62,292 nt of DNA, taken from an uncultured bacterium. GTDB lineage: Bacteria > AUK180. Positions 29,190 through 37,227 of this stretch are shown in pieces. Under the pieces are notes generated by a model that did no database searches, was not told the DNA's origin, and worked only from the letters and a program-made list of their open reading frames with translations. The position numbers and the translations under genes are program-made. Within the stretch, counting starts at the first letter, position 1, and every line of letters begins with the position of its first letter. The DNA lies in contig CALMGJ010000013.1 in the NCBI GenBank assembly GCA_937863565.1, positions 62,001-124,292 on the forward strand. Reading direction: 5' to 3'.

Positions 29190-32100
29190 ATACGTCCAGA
29201 GGATGGGGCCTGAACCCCTTGAGGTTCTTCAATGTCATTGTGTATTGAAGTGAATGATTCAGAAACAGTGCCGGTGCTTCGGCGATGATCTTGTTTTCTA
29301 TCTCGGCGTACAGATCAAGTCTTTTTTCCCTGTTCATCATCGTCATCGCGATATCGAGTTTCTTGTCTATATCGGCATCCCTGTACCAGAAATAATTGCC
29401 GGAGACGCCTATATTGCGTGAATGGAACAGCGGATAGAAGAAATTATCCGGATCGCCGTTGTCGGAGATCCAACCTAGCAGGAAAAGCTGATTCGTTCCT
29501 TCTTTACAGCGTTTTATCAGCTCTGCCCATGATACTTCATTCAATTCGACAGCAATATTTACATCCGTAAGATATTCTTTTATCAACTCCGCTTTTTTCC
29601 TTTCGGCATCGCCTGATGAGAACGAGAGCGTAAACGGCATCTTGATGCCGTTCTTGAGACCTGCGCTCCTTAAAAGGGCCGCAGCCTGTTCCGGATCATA
29701 ATGATATGCTTCTTTTCTCTGTTGTTTGAGGATTCCGGGAGGAAGAACGCCGTCAGCCGGTATTGCCATTCTTCCATACGCCTCCTTGACGACTTTAGAC
29801 TTGTCTATCGCATAACAGATCGCCTTTCTTACCGCGCTCAATTGAAGCTCGGGGCGGGAGGATATATTAAAACCGAGGTATCTCACATCCAACTGGGATA
29901 CACTGTATATATTTCCTTCATAGGATATCTTCTGGTCTTGAACAATAGATACAAGATTGGCATTGGGTATCATGATATCGGTCTTGCCTGTTAGAAAATC
30001 GTTCTGGATCTTCTTTTCGTCATTCTCTATCAGGATATTGATACGGTCGAAATTATCCGTGTTCAGGAAATAATGTTCGGATTTCTTGAGAACGATCTCC
30101 TTCGGGTCCATCCGGTCTATCACGAAAGGGCCGATCCCGACGGGGATCTCCTCCAATACCGTATTCCCTTTCCATAAGACCGAACCGGTTATAGTTCCCA
30201 GGTTGCTGTAAAAAGGTGTATAGAGTTCCGAGAATTTAAAGGCGAACTTTTTCTTACTTATATAAATGAGCCCGTCTATGAACTTCCTCTTGCCTTCCTC
30301 AAATTCCTTCGCTCCTTCCAGGAACTCGAAGAAGTACTGGTTCGGGGAAGGATTCCCTACATTGAAGATCTTGTAGAAAGAGAATATCACATCCTCGGAA
30401 GTCACTTCCTCGCCGTTATTGAAGAAGATATCGTCCCTCAGGGTTATCTCGATCAGATATCCGTAATTCTTTATTTCCCATTCTTTGATGATATGCGGAA
30501 GTATCGAAAGCGAATTGGATATCTTGAAAAGTCCCGAATGAAGGAAATTTAAAAATTTCATCGAAGTATTGTCGGTCACCATATGAGGATCGAAAGTGAT
30601 CGGCCGGTTGTTGAAAACAAGTGTAAGTTCTCTTAAGCGCGAGTGCTTCTTATAATCCCTGAACTCCATATCACAAGCGAATCTGCGGAGAATATCCCGG
30701 TCTTTCGTCAGCATCAGTTCCTTGATGAACACTTCGATCGTTTTATTATAAGAGATCACCCTTTTGAAGTATTTTTCGCTTTCCTTGTAAATGCTCAGCA
30801 GCTCGTTTATCTTTGAAAGCGAAAGTTCGGAGAAGGTGTTCATGTTCTTGATATTCTCGAGTGTCTCCCCAAAATTCTCCTTTATAAAAGCGTTATTGTT
30901 GAGTATCTCCCCTCCCAGATCCTTTATATCGTCGATGAGCTCGAAGATCCTTGAAAGGTCGGTCAAGGCCTTCGAAACGTAGATACCCAGCGTTTCCACC
31001 TCGGAGATGCTCTTTTTGATGAGAAGCTCGATCTGCAGATTAGAATCGGAATTCTCCTTCGTGATGGAGCGTATCTGCTTTATGATGGAGAGTATGTCCT
31101 CTTTGATATCAGGGTTTTTTTCCGCTTCCATCGCGGAAAAATATGAAAGATCATTGATCTTGTTCAGGAACTCGAATATCTTCTTCAGTCTCTGTGTGAA
31201 ATTATTAAGGAAGTTCTCGTACATCTGGAGGTTAAGATAGAATGAATTGAGAAGGAGTTTCAGGTTCGCGAACACCCTCGGATCTATATCCGAAGTTGAG
31301 ACATTTATCTGGTACATAGGAACGATGATCTCTTTGAGCCCCTCAAATTCCTTTATCAGAAGTGAGAATTTCTCCATCGCACCCTGAAAGAAATCATACT
31401 CCCCTATCAAAGAGTAATAATCCTCATTGAACTTCATCTTAAGATTATTCAATTGATTCACTCCGTTCTCCAGCGTAACGGAGAATTTCGTGTATATCGA
31501 AGAGAAGATCCCCTTGAAATGGCTGAACCGGCCGTCATCGCCGGTTATCGCGCACTCCTTCACATTGGCGAGGTACTCAAGATTGAAGAGTTTATCGGGG
31601 AAGAACTGAATATCCGGGTCCTTGAAATAATTCTCCTCTTCCGAGTAGATGTTTAGAAGGTAGTAATCTTCGAGGAACATCTCTTCGTAAATCCCCACGT
31701 CGTTCTCGTCAAGCATCTTGATCTTGGCCTTGAAAAGGTTATCCGTCCTTTCCACGAGGTCTTCGAACAGGTTCAGAAGTTTACTTTTAAAGAACTCAAA
31801 ACGGCCTATCTCGAAATCATGGTCGCCACGGTCAGTGTGCTCGCAGATGATCCCGGCCTTCCTGAAATTCGCCTCAAGCATCTCCTCTATGTGCTGCGGG
31901 AATTTCTCTTTCTTGTAAACCTTCAATTTCATTTCTCCCGAGGAACCGGCAACGGCATTTTCTATGACGCGCTTCCCTTCACGGCAGAATGAATAGGTAT
32001 CGAAGTTCCCGGCAAGAAGGTTGAATATCGGACGGCGCTGATCGACGGAGAGTTTTCCGGACAACATGAAGTAATAAAAACCGGTGTTGACCTTTTCCTT

Positions 32101-33621
32101 GCCTTCTCCGAAAGCTATCTCGTAGTCCGATTCCTGCCCGAACAGGATCTCCTCTATGAAAATATTACGCGATAAGTAGTGCTGGTTAGGCACCATTCTC
32201 CCTTCCTTCATGCAGAACTGGCCGCATGTGTTCTCAAGGTATGTTCCCGGATAAGAGTCCCTCCAAATCACCGGTATGGAATTCTTGCCGAGTTTGTATA
32301 TGAAGTCGGGATCGTTCTTCTTTAACTGGATATAAAGTCCGAACTTCCCGAGGAAACCTATCCCGTCTATCACTTTTGAGGAGCCTTCCATGAACTTCTC
32401 ATAACCCTCGATATTGGAAAAATCGCTGTCGCCGGCATTTTTCAGGTAGTTCTCCAGAGAATACTTAACATCTTCCGCTTCCAGAACATTGCCGTTAGCG
32501 AACAGCACATCTGTGCGGAGATAGACCATAATGATCTTCTTGGTATGGATATACTCGTGCCGCTGGATGATATTGGGAAGCACATCGTTCCTTTGTACGT
32601 TAACAAGCGGCCGGAACAGGAGCTTGAAGATGAAGATATCCCTCAGTGACGATATCCTGTACGGATCGAAACCTGTGATCGGGTCCTTTACACTTATGTT
32701 CTTCTCATAATAATCCGGGTCGTCCAGAAAATGCGTTCCCAGACGGACTATTTCGTTCAGACCGTCCAAAGAGATCTTCAGTTCATCGAAAATGGCTTTG
32801 AACTCGTCGAATCTCAGCGAATTGAGCTTGCTGTTCTCGTTGATGCCTTTGAGGATCTTGTTGAGCTTGTCCTGAATATCGTTCAGTTCGCTCAGAATAT
32901 ACGCGATGATCCCGCTGGAACGCTTCAACTTGGGCGTGATCACTCTTATCCTGTTATGGTAGTCCTTGAAAATATCGATATCGTTGTTCACCTTGACAAT
33001 ATTGGCATGTATGCTTTCCTCGAGCTGGCCGAACTTCTTGTTCTCCGCCTTGATCTTCTGGCTCAATTCCGAATACTGAGCGAAATCCACTCCGAACTTA
33101 TTGATGATATTGATGATCTCCTCGGAATAAGAAGTGACATTGTCCGCGATTATCGATATCGTCCTCTGCTGTTCCTGGCCTTTGAAGGATTTGATGATCG
33201 TGTTGAGTGCAAGCTGTTTTACGGAATTGGCCATCTTATAAAGCGATTCGGAATTGGCCTTGAACTTATCGAAGAGTTTTTCGAGAGTATAATTGGTGCT
33301 TTCGATGTTCTCTGTCACAAAATTGATGACCTGATTGTACTGACTGATCTCGAGGAAATACTTCAGAAGCTTCTCGAGTTTCTCGGACAGGGCGCGGGCG
33401 TTCTGCATGATCTTGATGGAATTTGTGCTGAAATTGGCGGATTCGCTCTGGATGCTCTTCACGAGCTCGTTCAAATCGCCTATCACCTCTTCCTGTATAT
33501 CGGAGATCGTCTTGAACTGCTGGAACTGGTCCTTGAAATTGTTGTAGTGTATCTCCTCGTACTTCTGTTTGTCGCGGATATAGTTTATGATATTGAGGAT
33601 ATTAGGAATATCGTATTTCAA
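29161..33621 (-). CDS. Giant soluble fusion: 2x [MCP-like coiled-coil hairpin + family-5 solute-binding domain]
   Basis: QLALNTII...ISIIADNV resembles the MCP tip; SBP5 motifs FDP...LR.DV.F.NG....EDV.(Y/F)S occur twice; the second SBP has GIGPF, VRKAICYAID, LGWISD.DP; TTG start overlaps the ATPase stop. Confidence 0.8.
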   Translation of the reverse strand: MKYDIPNILNIINYIRDKQKYEEIHYNNFKDQFQQFKTISDIQEEVIGDLNELVKSIQSESANFSTNSIKIMQNARALSEKLEKLLKYFLEISQYNQVINFVTENIESTNYTLEKLFDKFKANSESLYKMANSVKQLALNTIIKSFKGQEQQRTISIIADNVTSYSEEIINIINKFGVDFAQYSELSQKIKAENKKFGQLEESIHANIVKVNNDIDIFKDYHNRIRVITPKLKRSSGIIAYILSELNDIQDKLNKILKGINENSKLNSLRFDEFKAIFDELKISLDGLNEIVRLGTHFLDDPDYYEKNISVKDPITGFDPYRISSLRDIFIFKLLFRPLVNVQRNDVLPNIIQRHEYIHTKKIIMVYLRTDVLFANGNVLEAEDVKYSLENYLKNAGDSDFSNIEGYEKFMEGSSKVIDGIGFLGKFGLYIQLKKNDPDFIYKLGKNSIPVIWRDSYPGTYLENTCGQFCMKEGRMVPNQHYLSRNIFIEEILFGQESDYEIAFGEGKEKVNTGFYYFMLSGKLSVDQRRPIFNLLAGNFDTYSFCREGKRVIENAVAGSSGEMKLKVYKKEKFPQHIEEMLEANFRKAGIICEHTDRGDHDFEIGRFEFFKSKLLNLFEDLVERTDNLFKAKIKMLDENDVGIYEEMFLEDYYLLNIYSEEENYFKDPDIQFFPDKLFNLEYLANVKECAITGDDGRFSHFKGIFSSIYTKFSVTLENGVNQLNNLKMKFNEDYYSLIGEYDFFQGAMEKFSLLIKEFEGLKEIIVPMYQINVSTSDIDPRVFANLKLLLNSFYLNLQMYENFLNNFTQRLKKIFEFLNKINDLSYFSAMEAEKNPDIKEDILSIIKQIRSITKENSDSNLQIELLIKKSISEVETLGIYVSKALTDLSRIFELIDDIKDLGGEILNNNAFIKENFGETLENIKNMNTFSELSLSKINELLSIYKESEKYFKRVISYNKTIEVFIKELMLTKDRDILRRFACDMEFRDYKKHSRLRELTLVFNNRPITFDPHMVTDNTSMKFLNFLHSGLFKISNSLSILPHIIKEWEIKNYGYLIEITLRDDIFFNNGEEVTSEDVIFSFYKIFNVGNPSPNQYFFEFLEGAKEFEEGKRKFIDGLIYISKKKFAFKFSELYTPFYSNLGTITGSVLWKGNTVLEEIPVGIGPFVIDRMDPKEIVLKKSEHYFLNTDNFDRINILIENDEKKIQNDFLTGKTDIMIPNANLVSIVQDQKISYEGNIYSVSQLDVRYLGFNISSRPELQLSAVRKAICYAIDKSKVVKEAYGRMAIPADGVLPPGILKQQRKEAYHYDPEQAAALLRSAGLKNGIKMPFTLSFSSGDAERKKAELIKEYLTDVNIAVELNEVSWAELIKRCKEGTNQLFLLGWISDNGDPDNFFYPLFHSRNIGVSGNYFWYRDADIDKKLDIAMTMMNREKRLDLYAEIENKIIAEAPALFLNHSLQYTMTLKNLKGFRPHPLDVFNLEYWWKI

Positions 33622-35303
33622 AGCGATGTGACCCTGAGCACCTCCTGGATGGTCGTTATGCCTTTGATCACTTTCATTACGCCTGCCTCTCTCAATGTAC
33701 TGATCTTTTTACCGGAGCAGTATTCGCGAATATCCTTCGTACTCCCTTCCTCTGAGATCATCTTCGAGATATTGTCGTCGAAAGGTATGATCTCGTAAAT
33801 GGCCTCCCTGCCTAAATAGCCTGTATTATTGCATTCCTTGCATCCTTTTCCCTTGGTGAAGATGAAATCATCACCGGCTATATTGAGGAGTTTCAACTCA
33901 TGCTCTTCGGGCTTGTAATATGTCTTGCAGAAATTACAGACCTTCCGCGTCAGTCTTTGAGCGATCACGCCCAATATGGTAGATGAGATCAGGTAATTCG
34001 GAATGCCCATATCGCGGAGTCTGTCTATGGCGGACACGGCATCGTTGGTATGGAGTGTGGATAGAACAAGATGCCCCGTAAGTGCGGCGCGTATGGCGTG
34101 GTCTATGGTCTCTTTGTCCCTCATCTCCCCCACCATGACCACATCCGGGTCCTGTCTCAGCATCTCTCTCAATACGGAGGCGAAATCGAGGCCGATCGCG
34201 TGATTGAGGTTTATCTGATTGAAATCCTCATTTATCAGTTCAACCGGGTCCTCAACGGTCACGATGTTCAATGTATCGTTCTTCAGATGATTCAGCGTCG
34301 CATACAATGTCGTGGTCTTACCGGATCCCGTAGGGCCTGTGATGAGCACTATGCCGTGCGTATGATCGATGATGTTCTTGTAGCGTTTATATTCGTTCTT
34401 ATCCATGCCTAGATCGGCGATGTTCTTGCTGAGATTCTCCGGATCAAGGAGCCTGAGCACTATCTTCTCTCCGAAAAGAGTAGGCACCACGGCTACCCTG
34501 AGTTCGACCGCCCTGTCATTGTGCTCGACCCTGATTCTTCCGTCCTGCGGCTTCCTCCGTTCAGAAATATCGAGACCCGCCATTATCTTGATCCTTGCGG
34601 TCATTGCGAACTGGAGTGTTTTCGGTATCTTGCGGACAGTATGGAGCATGCCGTCGATCCTGAGGCGGATGTTCACGGTCTCCCTTTTCGGTTCGATATG
34701 TATGTCCGACGCTCTCTGATCGATCGCCTTATGGATGATCAGGTCGATGAGATTAATGATCGGTTGTTCCTTTTCGAGTATCCTCGAGATCTGGGATATA
34801 TCCGTCGTATTCAGAAGATCGATCCCCCTCACGTCGATGAGTGCCCTTTCAATGGAATTGGAAAGACCGTAGAATTCATTGATCACTTTGTTGATATCGC
34901 GGTCCATTACTAGCGTAAAGATGATCTTCCGGGGATGGTACAGTTTCACCAGGTCGTCATATTCCGCAGTCGTGAGCAGTCTGGAAAGGGCGAGTACGGC
35001 CTGCTTATCGGTTTTTACGGTGCACACGGTCTTTATGTTCCTCGCGAAGGATTCGGGGATATTGCCGGTTATCTCGGGATCCAGTTCAAGGGGATCGACC
35101 TTTGTGAACTCTATCCCTATCTCGGCGGCAAGGTTCTTCTTGAAATCCTCCTCTGACAAGAACTTCCTTCTGATCAGGATCGTTTCTATCGCCTCGCCGC
35201 TTTTCTCGCTTTCAAGCGCCGCTGAATCGATATGCTCCTTCTTCACGAGCTTGTTCTTGCTCAGAAACTCTTTAAAATTCAGTCTCTCCCTTATCGGCAG
35301 CAT
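33618..35303 (-). CDS. GspE/PilB-family secretion/pilus assembly ATPase
   Basis: ASDIHIEP, PQDGR, GPTGSGKTTT, TVEDPVE, LRQDPDVVMVGEMRD, TGHLVLSTLHTN, CxxC..CxxC zinc motif. Confidence 0.95.
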   Translation of the reverse strand: MLPIRERLNFKEFLSKNKLVKKEHIDSAALESEKSGEAIETILIRRKFLSEEDFKKNLAAEIGIEFTKVDPLELDPEITGNIPESFARNIKTVCTVKTDKQAVLALSRLLTTAEYDDLVKLYHPRKIIFTLVMDRDINKVINEFYGLSNSIERALIDVRGIDLLNTTDISQISRILEKEQPIINLIDLIIHKAIDQRASDIHIEPKRETVNIRLRIDGMLHTVRKIPKTLQFAMTARIKIMAGLDISERRKPQDGRIRVEHNDRAVELRVAVVPTLFGEKIVLRLLDPENLSKNIADLGMDKNEYKRYKNIIDHTHGIVLITGPTGSGKTTTLYATLNHLKNDTLNIVTVEDPVELINEDFNQINLNHAIGLDFASVLREMLRQDPDVVMVGEMRDKETIDHAIRAALTGHLVLSTLHTNDAVSAIDRLRDMGIPNYLISSTILGVIAQRLTRKVCNFCKTYYKPEEHELKLLNIAGDDFIFTKGKGCKECNNTGYLGREAIYEIIPFDDNISKMISEEGSTKDIREYCSGKKISTLREAGVMKVIKGITTIQEVLRVTSL

Positions 35304-35320
35304 ATATTACTCCTTTGGGA

Positions 35321-35349
35321 ATTATAAACTTTTCTCATTTATTTGCCAA
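35321..35349 (-). promoter_or_regulatory. Internal sigma70-type promoter upstream of the ATPase
   Basis: TTGGCA-N17-TATAAT overlapping the maf stop, followed by AAGGAG SD. Confidence 0.6.
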
Positions 35350-35913
35350 ATCATCAAGCAATTTTTTATAAAGGCAGTGGAACGAACACAGGGGGAAACC
35401 TACGACATTGAGATAATCCCCTTCGATCCTCTCTATGAAAAGCGCAGCGCTGTCCTGAACGGCGTAAGCGCCGGCTTTGTCCATATAGTCCTCATTCTTC
35501 AGGTACAGGGCAAGTTCCTCATCCCCTATCTTCCGGAAGTAGACCTTAGTCGTCTCCTTTTTAACGTGAGTGCGTCCGGAAGACCTGTCATGCACTGCAA
35601 GGTATGATATCACCTTATGCATTCTTCCGGATAGCGACCTCATCATCCGTTCCGCATCCTTTCTGTCCTTGGGTTTACCGATATACTTTTCCCCTATCTT
35701 TACTACAGTATCGCAAGCCACCAGTATTTCGCCGTCGAACATGCTCTTCACGGAATGCAGTTTCCCCAGCGCCGCTTTCAATATGTCGGCATCAGTGCGG
35801 AGCAGCATGGACGATTCGTCGAAACGCGGGTTAACTGCTTTCTTCAAGAACCCGAATTTCTTTAAAATGGCGATGCGCCGCGGCGAGGTCGATACGAGAA
35901 TAACTTTCCTCAT
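35335..35913 (-). CDS. maf: Maf nucleoside triphosphate pyrophosphatase
   Basis: STSPRR, CDTVV, GKP, LSG..H, DKAGAY, NVVGFP. Confidence 0.93.
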   Translation of the reverse strand: MRKVILVSTSPRRIAILKKFGFLKKAVNPRFDESSMLLRTDADILKAALGKLHSVKSMFDGEILVACDTVVKIGEKYIGKPKDRKDAERMMRSLSGRMHKVISYLAVHDRSSGRTHVKKETTKVYFRKIGDEELALYLKNEDYMDKAGAYAVQDSAALFIERIEGDYLNVVGFPLCSFHCLYKKLLDDLANK

Positions 35914-37226
35914 CCCCTGATCTTTTTCAGCACCTCGGCGGACCTCGTCTTCATTATCTCCTCCGTTTCAGCCTCCAGGACAAGGCGTAGCAGAGGCTCG
36001 GTATTCGATTTCCGTATATTGAACCACCACCTGTCGTAGATCACAGTAAGCCCGTCAACCCTGAACTGTTCCCCGTCGCTGTAAGCCTTTGACACTTCCT
36101 CTATCTTCCCGTCTTTGTCGTCCACCTCGGAATTGATCTCGCCACTGGGAAAATATTTCTTGTAAGCCGCGGCCAGTTCGGAAAGAGGTGCGTTCTTTTC
36201 CGCAAGGAAGTTCAGCATCTTCATAAGAGTGATCACGCCGCTGTCAGTATAGAAGTTCTCCTTGAAATAGAAGTGTCCCGCGAGTTCACCTCCGAAGAAA
36301 GCATCCTTTTCTCTCATCATCTTTTTCAGGTATGCATGCCCGACCTGGCACAGGTATGAATGGCCGCCGGCGGCAGATACGGATTCCCTGATCATCTTTG
36401 TCGAACGCACATCGTATATCACTCCGTCATTGCCTTTGCGAACGAACCACTCGCCGAGCATGGCCGTTACGATATCCGCGGCGATGTTCTCGCCTTTCTC
36501 GTCGATGAACATGATTCTGTCCGCATCGCCGTCGAACGCTATGCCGAAATCGTATCTCCCTTCCCTGACCTTCTTTTTGATATCCCTGAGGTTCTCTTCT
36601 TTCAGAGGGTCCGCTTCGTGATTGGGGAAGTTCCCGTCCGGTTCCATATAGATGCCGTCATAAGCGATACTGAGATCTTTAAGGATCCCGGGGACGGTGT
36701 GGCCGGCCATGCCGTTGCCCGCATCGATCGCGATCCGGAAGTGCCGGTCGGTCTTCAAGAATTTTCTCACATGCATTATATATTCCGGCATGATATCCAA
36801 TTTCTCGACACGGCCTTTTGGGCCGGGTGAAAGTTCTTCCTCGGCGCACAGCTTTTCAAGGCGGTCGAGCCCCGTTTCAAAACCTACGGGAACGGCGTTC
36901 TTTTTAGCGACCTTGAACCCGTTGTATTTCGGGCCATTATGCGAAGCGGTGATCTGAACACCGCCGTCAAGGCCGTGATGCACCACTGCGAAGTTGATCA
37001 TCGGTGTGCTGATAAGGCCGATGTCGTAGATGATACAGCCGGCGTCTGCGAGCCCTCTTATGAGCTCTTCCTTCAATTTCGGCGAGGAGTTGCGCATATC
37101 GCTTCCCACAGCGATCTTTTTGCCTTCTATGATCCTGGGCAGGAAGAACCCTATCCTGTACGCCAGTTCGTCGGTCAGAGCTTCTCCGTATACGCCTCTG
37201 ACATCATAAGCTTTGAAAACTCCCAT
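35910..37226 (-). CDS. Phosphomannomutase/phosphoglucomutase
   Basis: FKAYDVRG, TASHN, FDGDADR, GELAGH, SNTEP. Confidence 0.95.
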   Translation of the reverse strand: MGVFKAYDVRGVYGEALTDELAYRIGFFLPRIIEGKKIAVGSDMRNSSPKLKEELIRGLADAGCIIYDIGLISTPMINFAVVHHGLDGGVQITASHNGPKYNGFKVAKKNAVPVGFETGLDRLEKLCAEEELSPGPKGRVEKLDIMPEYIMHVRKFLKTDRHFRIAIDAGNGMAGHTVPGILKDLSIAYDGIYMEPDGNFPNHEADPLKEENLRDIKKKVREGRYDFGIAFDGDADRIMFIDEKGENIAADIVTAMLGEWFVRKGNDGVIYDVRSTKMIRESVSAAGGHSYLCQVGHAYLKKMMREKDAFFGGELAGHFYFKENFYTDSGVITLMKMLNFLAEKNAPLSELAAAYKKYFPSGEINSEVDDKDGKIEEVSKAYSDGEQFRVDGLTVIYDRWWFNIRKSNTEPLLRLVLEAETEEIMKTRSAEVLKKIRG

Positions 37227-37227
37227 A

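Noticed and set aside
32731-33798. 355-aa plus-strand ORF, and similar ones at 15048-15872, 17847-18716 and 45338-46321
   Set aside because: Antisense to well-supported genes, no motifs; expected from codon bias
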